A stretch of 25,163 nucleotides of DNA from a bacterium (GTDB lineage Bacteria; Sysuimicrobiota; Sysuimicrobiia; Sysuimicrobiales; Kaftiobacteriaceae). The DNA lies in NCBI GenBank assembly GCA_044868695.1, contig JBIOWP010000054.1, forward strand, positions 1 to 25,163, in the 5' to 3' direction. The position numbers and the translations under genes are program-made. The notes below the pieces were generated by a model. It was not told the DNA's origin. It was given only the letters and a program-made list of their open reading frames with translations, and searched no databases. Shown here in pieces: positions 6,460 through 15,942 of the stretch (position 1 is its first letter; the number at the start of each line of letters is the position of its first letter).

Positions 6460-7415
6460 GCTGCCATCCCCCATGCGCTCATGGCCTCGCGCACCCACTG
6501 GTGCCGCTGCCAGTAGTCATTGCGGACCGCCAGGCGCGCCGCCGTTTTCGGCCCGTCGCCTCTGATCACCCGCTTGAACTCCTCCCAGTCCGGCTCGCCG
6601 TAGTCGTACCGCTGCCCGGCCTCGTTCCAGGCGAGTTGTGGGTCGGGGACCCGCAGCCCGTAGTCGGTGATCAGCGGCACAAACTGCCGGAGGAACTGCT
6701 GGCGGAGTTCGTCGTTGGTCTTGACCTTGATGCGCCACCGCATCATCGTTTCCAGGTGCGGAGAGGCCTGATCGCGCGGCCCGAAAAAGTGCATGATCGG
6801 CTGCCACCAGCGCGTGATCGCCTCCTGCAGCATGGCCCGCTGCGGACTCGTCCCCTCGGCCAGCGTGCGGTGCACGTCGATGCCCAACCGGATGTGGAAG
6901 TCTTCCTCGTAGCAGATGCGCTTGAGGACGCGCGCGTACGGCGCGTAGCTGCAGGCACGCAGCGCGCCCTGCGTCTGCATCGCCGCGCCGTCGACAAAGA
7001 CCTGGATCACCGCCACGTCCGCCCAGGTCTCGGCGGGATAGTGGAAGACGTTGTGAAATTTGCTCCGCCCCGCCAGCAGGTCTTCGAGCATTTGGGTGCG
7101 GGGTTTGCCCAGATCCTCGGCCACGCGGTAGAGGAGCTGCGCGTGTCCCACCTCGTCCTGGACCTTCGCAACGAGCGCCATCTTGCGGCGCAGCGTGGGT
7201 GCGCGGGGAATCCATTCCCGTTCCGGCAGGGCGCCCATCAACTCCGAGTTGGCGTGCATCTGGATCAGCCGCAGGCACTCCGCCCGGTACTGGGCGGGCA
7301 TCCACTCCCCTGCCTCGATACGGTCGCCGGCGGCGATTTTCGCCTCAAAGTCCGCGAGCTTGGCCGGATCGTCGGGTGGCGCAGTGGGGGTCTGGGGCGA
7401 TTCGCGTGCGGTCAC
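6456..7415 (-). CDS. paaA: Phenylacetyl-CoA epoxidase catalytic subunit PaaA
   Basis: HANSELMGALPE, APTLRRK, AKVQDEVGH, ICYEEDFH di-iron motifs; start placed at GTG 7415 (start uncertain). Confidence 0.95.
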   Translation of the reverse strand: MTARESPQTPTAPPDDPAKLADFEAKIAAGDRIEAGEWMPAQYRAECLRLIQMHANSELMGALPEREWIPRAPTLRRKMALVAKVQDEVGHAQLLYRVAEDLGKPRTQMLEDLLAGRSKFHNVFHYPAETWADVAVIQVFVDGAAMQTQGALRACSYAPYARVLKRICYEEDFHIRLGIDVHRTLAEGTSPQRAMLQEAITRWWQPIMHFFGPRDQASPHLETMMRWRIKVKTNDELRQQFLRQFVPLITDYGLRVPDPQLAWNEAGQRYDYGEPDWEEFKRVIRGDGPKTAARLAVRNDYWQRHQWVREAMSAWGMAA

Positions 7416-7422
7416 TGCTGTG

Positions 7423-7452
7423 ATTGTATCCTGCCGCGCCCTCGCCATGCAA
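7423..7452 (-). promoter_or_regulatory. paaA promoter (probable leaderless transcript)
   Basis: Minus strand TTGCAT (7452-7447), 18-nt spacer, TACAAT (7428-7423), then 7 nt to the GTG; no SD. Confidence 0.6.
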
Positions 7453-7500
7453 GGAGGCGCTCCGCGGTCGCGGAACCTCACTGCGAGTGAGGTGACACGC

Positions 7501-8820
7501 ATGGACCTCTCGCCGGGAGCCATCACGCTGCGCCTGCTGGCGGTCTTCGCGCTCGTGGCCGCCAACGGCCTGTTCGTGGCGGCCGAGTTCTCGATCGTCA
7601 AAGCCCGCCGCACGCGGATCACCCAGATGGTGCGGGCCGGCCGCCGCGCCGCCCGGCTGGTGCAGCGCGCGACCGACAACCCCGAGCCGTTCGTGGCCGC
7701 CACCCAGTTGGGCATTACCATGGCCAGCCTGGGGCTGGGCTGGATCGGCGAACCGGTCGTCGCGACGCTGATCGAGCCGCTGATCGTCGACCTGCCCGCC
7801 CGGTGGCAGCCCGCGGCGCTGCACACGCTGTCGGCCGCGCTGGCATTTGGGTTGATTACGGCGCTCCACATCATCTTCGGCGAGCTGGCGCCCAAGAGCA
7901 TTGCGCTGTGGAATGCGGAGGCGACCGCCTTGGTGACCGTCCCGCCGACCGCCGTCTTCCACCGCATTTTCAAACCCTTCATCTGGACGCTGAATGCCGT
8001 CGCCAACGGCTCCCTGCGCCTGTTCGGCCTCCGTGCGCCCAGCGGCCGGCATGTCGCCTACCAGCGCGAGGAACTGGTGATGCTCGTCGGCGAAGCGCGG
8101 CGGGCCGGCACGCTCGACCGGGAGGAAGAGTCCCTGGTGCGGCGCGTGTTCCGCCTGACCGACCGCATCGCGGGCGAGGTCATGGTCCACCGCATGGCCA
8201 TCGCCAGCGTGCCGCACGCCGCGACCGTGCGGGAGGCGATTGACGTGATCCGGCAGCGGGGGTTCACCCGCCTGCCCGTCATCGGCGATGACGTCGATCA
8301 GATTGTCGGCGCCGTCTACGCCAAAGACCTCCTGATCCTGCTCGCAGACGGCCGCGCCGACGCGCCGGTCTCCGGCGTGATGCGGCCCGTCCTCTACGTG
8401 CCGGAGACCAAACCCGTGGTCGACCTCCTCGAGGAAATGCGGACCGGCCGGTCCCAGTTGGCGGTCGTGCTGGAGGAGTACGGCAGCACCGCGGGGATCG
8501 TCACCATCGAGGACCTGCTCGAAGAGATCGTCGGAGAAATCCCGGGCGAATACCGCCCGCAACCGCCGCTGGTACATCTGAACCAACCCGACCGGATCAT
8601 CGTCGACGCGGCGATCGACCTGGCCACGCTGAGCGACATCTGCGGGGTGACGCTGTCAGGAGAAGGGGCCAATACGCTGGGTGGGTTCATCTTCCATCAC
8701 CTGGGGACGATCCCAGAACCCGGGACGAGGTTCACGGTCAAAGGCCTGGAGTTCACGGTTGAGACGGTGATCGGCCGCCGCATCGGGCGGGTGGAGATAC
8801 GCAAAAAGACAACGAGATGA
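7501..8820 (+). CDS. Hemolysin/CNNM-family protein (DUF21 + CBS pair + CorC domain)
   Basis: [66 protein letters not shown] before ATG 7501. Confidence 0.93.
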   Translation: MDLSPGAITLRLLAVFALVAANGLFVAAEFSIVKARRTRITQMVRAGRRAARLVQRATDNPEPFVAATQLGITMASLGLGWIGEPVVATLIEPLIVDLPARWQPAALHTLSAALAFGLITALHIIFGELAPKSIALWNAEATALVTVPPTAVFHRIFKPFIWTLNAVANGSLRLFGLRAPSGRHVAYQREELVMLVGEARRAGTLDREEESLVRRVFRLTDRIAGEVMVHRMAIASVPHAATVREAIDVIRQRGFTRLPVIGDDVDQIVGAVYAKDLLILLADGRADAPVSGVMRPVLYVPETKPVVDLLEEMRTGRSQLAVVLEEYGSTAGIVTIEDLLEEIVGEIPGEYRPQPPLVHLNQPDRIIVDAAIDLATLSDICGVTLSGEGANTLGGFIFHHLGTIPEPGTRFTVKGLEFTVETVIGRRIGRVEIRKKTTR

Positions 8821-8843
8821 CAAACTGACGAATCTAGATTTCT

Positions 8844-10067
8844 CTAGCGTGTAAGTTCGTAGGCGACCCCCGCGGCAAGTGAGGCGGCCTGAGCAACCAG
8901 CTCGGGCTGGATGCGCGACACGACATCTTTCGACGTATGATAGGCGTCCTCGTCATCCCCGGTGAACAGGAACACCACCGATACGCCGATCCGTTCGAAC
9001 GGCACATGGTCACTGCGATCCAGGCGGAACCGCTTCACCCGCACGTTGAGCCGGCCGGCGACCCGCTCGGTAAGGTCCAGCACACTCCCGCTCCCCGCGG
9101 AGTTGCCGATCTGCAACTCCGGTCCATTGCCGACCATGTCCATGTTGATCATCCCGACGACCATCCCGGTCCGGCGCTGAACATAGTGCTGCGAGCCGAG
9201 GAGCCCGAGCTCTTCCGCGCCGAACGCGATGAAATGGATGGTCCGCGCCGTCGGCAGGTCCGCAAGTAGGCGCGCCGCCTCGAGGACCGCCGCCACCCCC
9301 GAGGCGTTGTCGTTGGCGCCCGGGCTGCCCGGCACGCTGTCCAGGTGGCCGCCGACCACCACAATTTCATTCACGGCTCCGGATCCGGTCTTGATGCCGA
9401 TCACGTTCTCCGCGCGCCGTTCCTCCACGATCGTCCGCACCGTCAGACGGACCCGCACCGAACCGGCAGCCAGCGCCTGCAGCACCTGGCGGCCCTCCTC
9501 CAGCGAGATCAAGACGGCGGGAATCGCGGCCAGCGACTGCAGCGTGCCGGTAGGAGCCGGCCCGGGCCGGTTGTTGTAAATCACCACGGCGACCGCGCCC
9601 GCGGCGGCCGCGTGGGAGACTTTTTCAGAGAACAGGATCTGGCCCCGCTCGACGAGCACAATCCGGCCGCGCAGCATCTTGCCGACAACATCTTCCCCGC
9701 GCCCCAGGCCGGCGGCCACGACCTCCGCGTCGAGTCCCTCCGGCGGCGTCGACGCGGAGTAGATCAGGGTCACCGGATGCAGGGCGGGCTGCGCGGGTGC
9801 CGTGACGACTAATGCCGGGGCGGCGGATTCCTCAAACGCCTGAAACGGAAACAGCTGGCGTTCGACGCGGTAGCCGAGACGCTGGAACTGCTCGGCGACG
9901 TAGTCGGCCGACCTGGTATAGGCGAGAGTACCGGCAACGCGGGGACCAATCTGCTGGCTGAGGACGGTGACATGCGCGAGCGCCGCGGTCCCGGACGCCG
10001 GCGGCAGCGACTGCGCCAGGACGGCGACCGACAGCAGCGCGGCCAGCAGCACCGCCGGGGCCGCCAC
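8844..10067 (-). CDS. M28-family aminopeptidase with PA domain, probably secreted
   Basis: GHLDSV, PGANDNASG, AEELGLLGS, NMDMVG, SDHVPF, YHTSKD; hydrophobic N-terminus; start uncertain. Confidence 0.92.
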   Translation of the reverse strand: MAAPAVLLAALLSVAVLAQSLPPASGTAALAHVTVLSQQIGPRVAGTLAYTRSADYVAEQFQRLGYRVERQLFPFQAFEESAAPALVVTAPAQPALHPVTLIYSASTPPEGLDAEVVAAGLGRGEDVVGKMLRGRIVLVERGQILFSEKVSHAAAAGAVAVVIYNNRPGPAPTGTLQSLAAIPAVLISLEEGRQVLQALAAGSVRVRLTVRTIVEERRAENVIGIKTGSGAVNEIVVVGGHLDSVPGSPGANDNASGVAAVLEAARLLADLPTARTIHFIAFGAEELGLLGSQHYVQRRTGMVVGMINMDMVGNGPELQIGNSAGSGSVLDLTERVAGRLNVRVKRFRLDRSDHVPFERIGVSVVFLFTGDDEDAYHTSKDVVSRIQPELVAQAASLAAGVAYELTR

Positions 10068-10104
10068 GCTGAGCCCGCGGCGCCACTCGGTCCCCTGCCC
10101 TCCC

Positions 10105-11382
10105 CTACGCTGCAGCGGGCCGCTCCTGCGCGAGGACCGGGTTGATCGCCTTCATCGTCGCCTTGACGACGGCTTCGTGCGGATCCGCGGTGTAGAGCGC
10201 CGACCCCAGGAAGTGGCGTTCCTCCTTGGCCGGCGTGCCTGTGACAAGCAGGATGTGAATCGCTTCGCCCTGGTCGAGGGAGGTACGGGCGATCTCTTCG
10301 ACCGCCACGTCCCACTGCGGCGGCAGCCACTGCCGCACGGCGGTCACCGTCGCCTCCACCAGGAGGCGCAGCCCTCCGGTCCCGAGGATTGACCCCTCCG
10401 CCTGCCCCGTGACCCGCCGGCCGTCGCGCTCCAGCTCGACGGTCGCCGTGCCCCGGCCCTCCTCGATCCCCAGGTCGATCCGGCGGATCGCCACGCGGCG
10501 CTGGCCGTTCCCCGGCACGGGTCCCGGCATCAATGTTTGCGCGCCGTGAAGGACGCGCGATTCCGTGCGCTTCGCCATCGTCGAGGCCCGACTGGCCATG
10601 GTAATCAGGTCGTCCACGGTGGCATCGTAGTGGATGTCCTGCCGTTCCGTGCCGCGCTTGCCGCCGGCGACGCCGACCGACGCGCTGACGGCTCCCGGAG
10701 GAGCCCCCGGCACATCGAGCGCGACAATCGCCTCGCGCAGCACACGCGCCTGCGCAATCGACTCCTCCACCGTCCGGGTGGTCACAATGGCAAATTCATC
10801 GCCGGCGTAGCGGCAGATGACGTCGCTGGCCGGATCCGTGCGGTCGCGCAGCAGGGCCGCCACTCCCTTGATCACCCGGTCCCCCACGACGTGCCCGTAG
10901 AGTTTGTTCACAATCCCAAAGTCATCGAGGTCGATAAACAGCACCGTGATTTCGCGCCCGGCCTTGAGGAGGTCCGCGGCTTCCTTGCGCAGGGTGCCCG
11001 ACCACGGGAGCTCGGTGAGCGGGTCGGTCAGCCGCCCCAGTTCTTTGAGCAGGTCCCCGCGCGTGACGATGCCCACCAGCGTGCCGGCGTCCACGACGGG
11101 AAGCCGGCCGACCCGCCGCATGTCCATGGTGGCGTAGGCGTCGGTGATCCGCTCGCTCGAGCCCACGGTCACGACCTCCCGCACCATCACTTCCCGCACC
11201 GGACGGTACGGGGGCTGCCCGACCAGATCCGTCAGCGTGACGATGCCAACGAGACGCCCCGCGTCCGTGACCGGCACCCCGTCGATCCCGTGCTCGGTCA
11301 GCCGGCGCGCGACGGTCGTCACCGTTTCGCCCGGCGCGGCAGTGATCAGCGATCGTGCCATGAACTCTGCGACTGTCTTCAT
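10105..11382 (-). CDS. CBS-CBS-GGDEF (AGDEF variant) protein with an additional C-terminal domain
   Basis: Tandem CBS repeats; DPLTEL, FIDLDDF..VN..YGHVVGD, RYAGDEF, SVGVA. Confidence 0.9.
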   Translation of the reverse strand: MKTVAEFMARSLITAAPGETVTTVARRLTEHGIDGVPVTDAGRLVGIVTLTDLVGQPPYRPVREVMVREVVTVGSSERITDAYATMDMRRVGRLPVVDAGTLVGIVTRGDLLKELGRLTDPLTELPWSGTLRKEAADLLKAGREITVLFIDLDDFGIVNKLYGHVVGDRVIKGVAALLRDRTDPASDVICRYAGDEFAIVTTRTVEESIAQARVLREAIVALDVPGAPPGAVSASVGVAGGKRGTERQDIHYDATVDDLITMASRASTMAKRTESRVLHGAQTLMPGPVPGNGQRRVAIRRIDLGIEEGRGTATVELERDGRRVTGQAEGSILGTGGLRLLVEATVTAVRQWLPPQWDVAVEEIARTSLDQGEAIHILLVTGTPAKEERHFLGSALYTADPHEAVVKATMKAINPVLAQERPAAA

Positions 11383-11385
11383 CGC

Positions 11386-11892
11386 CTACAAACCAGCTCC
11401 CCGCTGCGCCAACAGGGTGGCAAACCCATCGGCCAGCTTCCGATATGTGGCCTGCAGGTGCTCGGGAATCACCTTCACGTCGCCCAGCACCGGCATGAAG
11501 TTGGTATCCCCAACCCAGCGCGGGACGATGTGGATGTGCAGGTGATCGTCAATACCCGCCCCCGCGGCGCGGCCGAGGTTCATGCCGATATTGTATCCCT
11601 CGGGGCGCAGCGCCCGTTCCTGCACCCTGACGCTGTAGTCCGTGTACCGGAGGAGCTCGGCCACCTCGGCGTCGTCGAGAGCCTCGAGCCGGCTCCGGTG
11701 CCGGACCGGCACCACCATCACATGACCGGTATTATACGGGAATAGGTTCATGATAACAAAGCAGCGGGGGCCGCGGGCGACCACGAGCGACCGCGCGTCA
11801 TCGGTCTCTTCGGCCGCGGCGCAGAAGATGCAGCGGTCGGTTTTTTCGCTCTGGATGTACTCGAACCGCCATGGGGCCCAGATCTGCTTCAT
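11386..11892 (-). CDS. HIT-family protein (Ap4A hydrolase/phosphorylase-like)
   Basis: WAPWR, CIFC, NLFPYNTGH, HLHIHIVPRWVGDTNFMP. Confidence 0.92.
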   Translation of the reverse strand: MKQIWAPWRFEYIQSEKTDRCIFCAAAEETDDARSLVVARGPRCFVIMNLFPYNTGHVMVVPVRHRSRLEALDDAEVAELLRYTDYSVRVQERALRPEGYNIGMNLGRAAGAGIDDHLHIHIVPRWVGDTNFMPVLGDVKVIPEHLQATYRKLADGFATLLAQRGAGL

Positions 11893-12680
11893 CGCCCCCG
11901 CCCCCTGCCCCCCGCCCCCTGCCCGCCGCTCTCGGCCCGTCGGCCGTGCCTGGCCAGATGCCGCAGCGCCGCCTGCGCGGCCGCCTGCTCCGCCTGCTTC
12001 TTGCTGGACCCCTTGCCGTCGCCCAGCACACGGCCTCCGGCCTCCACCGTGGCCACGAAAATGCGCGCGTGGTCGGGACCTTCTTGACTGCTGATCCGGT
12101 AGCGCGGGATCCGGCGTTCCCGTTCCTGCAGCAGCTCCTGGAGCGTGCTCTTGTAATCTTCGCTGGGGTTCTCTAGCTCGTCAAACGCATCCTGGAGGAG
12201 ACGCGACGCCACCGCGTGGGCCACCCCGAACCCCGAGTCGATGTACACGGCGCCGAGGACCGCCTCGAGGACATCGGCCAGCAGCGCCGGCCGGTTGCGG
12301 CCGCCCGCCTTCTCCTCCCCTTTGCCCAGCAGGATATAGCGGCCCAGGTCCAGCGCTGTGGCGATGCGCGCCAGCCAGGGTTCGCTGACGATGCGGGCCC
12401 GCAGCTTCGCCAGCTCGCCTTCAGGGGCATCTTGGTAGCGATGGTAGAGATGGTCGCAGACGACCAGGCTCAGGACGGAATCACCCAGCAGCTCCAGCCG
12501 CTCGTAGCTCTCACGCTGGCCGCCGGCGCCGTGGCCATACGATCCGTGCTGCAGCGCGAGATTGAGGAGCGTGCGGTCCCGGAAGCGCATGTCCAGTTTC
12601 GCTTCCAGGTGAGTGAGCTGGGCGCCACGCGCGGGGTCGATTGGAGACTTCGCGGGAGGCGTGGGGTCAGTGCCCGTCAT
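11889..12680 (-). CDS. rnc: Ribonuclease III
   Basis: [27 protein letters not shown], ds[21 protein letters not shown]. Confidence 0.96.
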   Translation of the reverse strand: MTGTDPTPPAKSPIDPARGAQLTHLEAKLDMRFRDRTLLNLALQHGSYGHGAGGQRESYERLELLGDSVLSLVVCDHLYHRYQDAPEGELAKLRARIVSEPWLARIATALDLGRYILLGKGEEKAGGRNRPALLADVLEAVLGAVYIDSGFGVAHAVASRLLQDAFDELENPSEDYKSTLQELLQERERRIPRYRISSQEGPDHARIFVATVEAGGRVLGDGKGSSKKQAEQAAAQAALRHLARHGRRAESGGQGAGGRGRGR

Positions 12681-13917
12681 ACTGTCGAACGATCAGGGTG
12701 GCGTTGTGCCCGCCAAACCCAAACGCGTTGGACATCGCCGCCCGGACCGCCGACGTGCGCGGCGCGTTGGGCACGTAGTCCAGATCGCAGTCAGGATCGG
12801 GAAATTCATAGTTGATCGTCGGCGGCATGGCCTGGTGCTGGAGCGCCAGCGCGCAGGCGATCAGTTCGACGCCCCCGGCGGCGCCGAGCATGTGCCCGGT
12901 CATCGACTTGGTGGAACTCACCGCCACGGAACGGGCGTGCGCGCCGAAGACCCGTTTGATGGCCAGGGTTTCCGTGCGGTCGTTGTAGGGGGTGCTGGTG
13001 CCGTGCGCGTTGATGTAGCTGATCTCCCCGGGCTGCAGCTTCGCATCGTACAGCGCGTTGGCCATGCTCCGGGCCGCGCCGTCGGCCTCTGGATCGGGTT
13101 GGGTGATGTGATAGGCGTCGCCGCTCATGCCGTACCCGACCATCTCACCATAGATGAACGCCTCACGCCGCTGGGCATGTTCCAGCTCTTCCAGCAGCAC
13201 AATCCCCGCGCCCTCGCCCATGACAAACCCATCCCGCTTGGCGTCGAACGGCCGGACGGCCTTCGTGGGTTCGTCGTTGCGGGTGGACATCGCCTTCATC
13301 GAGCAGAAGCCGGCGACGCTCAGAGGGGTAATCGCCGCCTCGGTGCCGCCGGCAAGCATCGCCACCGCCTCGCCGCGCTGGATGATTCGCATGGCGTCGC
13401 CCACCGCGTTCCCGCCGGTGGCACACGCCGTGACCACCGCGGTATTCGGCCCCTTCGCCCCCGTGAGGATCGAGACCACGCCGGCGGCCATGTTGATAAT
13501 GATCATGGGGACAAAAAAGGGACTCACGCGGCCCGGCCCCCGTTCCAGCAAGATCTGGTGCTGGTTCTCCCAGGTCTCCGCTCCGCCGATCCCCGACCCG
13601 ATGCTGAGACCGACCTGTCCTGCGTTGCGGGGCGTGATGGTGAACCGGGCATCCTCCAGCGCCATGCGGGCGGCGGCGTAGGCAAACTGCACGAACCGGT
13701 CGTTGCGCCGCACGTCCTTCTTGTCCATGAACGCGCCGGGGTCGAAGTCCCGCACCTCGGCCGCGATCTGGGTGTCGAAGCCGGAGGGGTCGAACCGGGC
13801 AATACGGCCTACCCCGCTGCGCCCCGCCATCAGGGCAGCCCAAAACGGTTCCTTCCCGGTCCCGATAGGGCTGACGACCCCGACTCCCGTGATGACGACC
13901 CGGTGGGGTGCCGTCAT
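12667..13917 (-). CDS. fabF: 3-oxoacyl-ACP synthase II
   Basis: [29 protein letters not shown]. Confidence 0.97.
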   Translation of the reverse strand: MTAPHRVVITGVGVVSPIGTGKEPFWAALMAGRSGVGRIARFDPSGFDTQIAAEVRDFDPGAFMDKKDVRRNDRFVQFAYAAARMALEDARFTITPRNAGQVGLSIGSGIGGAETWENQHQILLERGPGRVSPFFVPMIIINMAAGVVSILTGAKGPNTAVVTACATGGNAVGDAMRIIQRGEAVAMLAGGTEAAITPLSVAGFCSMKAMSTRNDEPTKAVRPFDAKRDGFVMGEGAGIVLLEELEHAQRREAFIYGEMVGYGMSGDAYHITQPDPEADGAARSMANALYDAKLQPGEISYINAHGTSTPYNDRTETLAIKRVFGAHARSVAVSSTKSMTGHMLGAAGGVELIACALALQHQAMPPTINYEFPDPDCDLDYVPNAPRTSAVRAAMSNAFGFGGHNATLIVRQYDGH

Positions 13918-13941
13918 CGGCAGGTCACCGTCCGCGGAGGG

Positions 13942-14193
13942 CTACTCAGTCGCGTGCTCGCCCATGTGGGCTTCGATGTACTTCACCGCCTCGCCCACCG
14001 TGGCAATCTTTTCAGCGTCCTCGTCGGGGATCTCGACGCCGAACTCCTCTTCCAGCGCCATCACGAGCTCGACCACGTCCAGCGAGTCTGCGCCCAGATC
14101 ATCGACGAACGAGGATTCGGGTGATACCTCGTCGGCGGCGACGCCGAGTTGCTCGACGACGATATTTTTGACGCGTTCAAAGACGGAAGCCAT
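13942..14193 (-). CDS. acpP: Acyl carrier protein
   Basis: [23 protein letters not shown] 14193 with upstream SD. Confidence 0.97.
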   Translation of the reverse strand: MASVFERVKNIVVEQLGVAADEVSPESSFVDDLGADSLDVVELVMALEEEFGVEIPDEDAEKIATVGEAVKYIEAHMGEHATE

Positions 14194-14230
14194 CGGGTCT
14201 CCCACCCCCGTACCGGATTAGACCGCGCTG

Positions 14231-14980
14231 CTACTTCATCACCAATCCGCCATCCACATTCAGCACTTGTCCCGTAATGTAGGATGCCTCGTCGGAAGCA
14301 AGAAAGACCACGGCGGCGGCTATCTCCTCAGGTTTCCCTGCCCGTCCCAGGGGCACCTGCTCCAGGTGCATCTTCACCTGCTCAGGCGAGAGATGCCCCG
14401 TCATCCGCGTCTCCACGAAGCCCGGCGCCACCGCGTTGACCGTGATCCCGCGGGACGCCACCTCCCGCGCCACCGCTTTCGTCAGCCCGATCATGCCGGC
14501 TTTGGCCGCCACATAGTTGGCCTGCCCCGCATTCCCGGTATACGCGACCACCGACGTGATATTGATAATGCGCCCGCTGCGCTGGCGCACGAGGTCGCGC
14601 AGCACCGCCTTCGTGCAGTAGAACGCGCTGCTGAGGTTCGTGTCCAACACCGCCTGCCAGTCTTCATCTTTCATCCGCAGCACCAGGGTGTCGCGGAGGA
14701 TCCCGGCGTTGTTCACCAGGATGTCGATCTTGCCAAACGCCTCCAGCGTCGCGGCCGCCAGTCGCTGCGCGCCCTCCGGCGAGGCGAGGTCGGCCTGGAT
14801 GCTCCGGGCCTTCCCGCCGCCCTCGCTGATGGCTCCCACCAGCGCTTCCGCGGCCTCGCGGTTCCCGGCGTAGTGCACCGCCACCGCTGACCCTTCAGCC
14901 GCCAGCGCCGCGGCGATCGCTCCACCGATCCCTCCGGACGCACCGGTCACGATGGCCACCTTTCCGGGCAGCTTACCCAT
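14231..14980 (-). CDS. fabG: 3-oxoacyl-ACP reductase
   Basis: TGASGGIG, NNAG, YVAAK, NVDGG; ATG 14980. Confidence 0.96.
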   Translation of the reverse strand: MGKLPGKVAIVTGASGGIGGAIAAALAAEGSAVAVHYAGNREAAEALVGAISEGGGKARSIQADLASPEGAQRLAAATLEAFGKIDILVNNAGILRDTLVLRMKDEDWQAVLDTNLSSAFYCTKAVLRDLVRQRSGRIINITSVVAYTGNAGQANYVAAKAGMIGLTKAVAREVASRGITVNAVAPGFVETRMTGHLSPEQVKMHLEQVPLGRAGKPEEIAAAVVFLASDEASYITGQVLNVDGGLVMK

Positions 14981-15929
14981 CGCCGGCGCTCCGCGCGGCC
15001 GGCTGCAGCCTGCGCACCGTCTCGGCCAGGGAGGCCGGATCCTCCACGTGCGCAACCCGCGCCTCCGGGACGGTCTTGCGGATCAACCCGGACAGCGTAG
15101 TCCCCGGCCCGACTTCGACGAAGGTCGTGACCCCTGCGCGCGCCATCGCCGCCACCGACTCATCCCAGCGCACCGGACTGCTCACCTGTTCCACCAGCAG
15201 GCGGCGGATCTCGTCGGACGCCCGGACCGGCTGCGCGGTGACGTTGCTGACCACCGGGATGAGGGCTTCTCGGATCGTGACGCCGGCCAGCACCTCTGCC
15301 AGACGCTGCGCGGCCGGCCGCATCAGGCTGGTGTGGAACGGCGCGCTCACCGGCAAGAGCACCGCGCGCTTGGCCCCGGCCGCTTTGGCCAGGGCGATCC
15401 CCTCCGCCACGGCATCGGCGTCGCCGGCGATGACGATCTGACCGGGGCTGTTGAAGTTGGACGGTTCCACGACGCCTCGCGACGACGCACGCGCGCACAC
15501 CTGCCGCACCGTCTGCGCATCCAGGCCCAGGATCGCGGCCATCGCCGTGCGGCGGCCGGAGGCGGCGTCCTGCATAAATTCCCCGCGGCGCCGCACGACG
15601 GCAACCGCGTCGTGATCGCCCAGCGCGCCCGCGCCCACCAGCGCAGTGTACTCTCCAAGGCTGAGGCCGGCGGCCACCGCGGGCTCGACCCCATGGGCCC
15701 GCAGCACGGCCAGGCAGGCCAGGCTGGTCACCAGGATCGCCGGCTGGGTGTTGTGGGTCTGCGTGAGCTCGTGCTCCGGCCCGTCCCAGCACAGCCGGGA
15801 CAGCGGAAAGCCCAGCGCAGCGTCCGCGCGGACGAACAGGTCGCGGGCGGCCGGATACGCCGCGGCCATTGCTTTGCCCATGCCGGCGTACTGCGCACCC
15901 TGCCCTGGGAAGACGAAGGCAATCGTCAT
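14973..15929 (-). CDS. fabD: Malonyl-CoA:ACP transacylase
   Basis: FPGQGAQ, TQPAI, GLSLGEY, VSAPFH, EVGPG; ATG 15929 after AAGGA. Confidence 0.96.
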   Translation of the reverse strand: MTIAFVFPGQGAQYAGMGKAMAAAYPAARDLFVRADAALGFPLSRLCWDGPEHELTQTHNTQPAILVTSLACLAVLRAHGVEPAVAAGLSLGEYTALVGAGALGDHDAVAVVRRRGEFMQDAASGRRTAMAAILGLDAQTVRQVCARASSRGVVEPSNFNSPGQIVIAGDADAVAEGIALAKAAGAKRAVLLPVSAPFHTSLMRPAAQRLAEVLAGVTIREALIPVVSNVTAQPVRASDEIRRLLVEQVSSPVRWDESVAAMARAGVTTFVEVGPGTTLSGLIRKTVPEARVAHVEDPASLAETVRRLQPAARSAGDG

Positions 15930-15942
15930 GTCCTTGGAGCGT

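Noticed and set aside
10800..10945. Hypr-type (cGAMP-forming) GGDEF
   Set aside because: The Asp in GHVVGD (PleD D344 equivalent) is retained rather than Ser/Thr.
4575..11911. KOPS (GGGNAGGG) polarity as support for dif
   Set aside because: Several minus-strand hits are SD-like intergenic tracts and a counter-oriented hit exists at 4575-4582; not conclusive without a genome-wide count.
12613..14124. 503-aa + strand ORF opposite fabF/acpP, and similar ORFs at 6501-7490, 7345-8586, 10537-11745, 14952-15983 and 17133-18080
   Set aside because: Antisense shadow ORFs expected from high-GC codon bias; no recognisable motifs.
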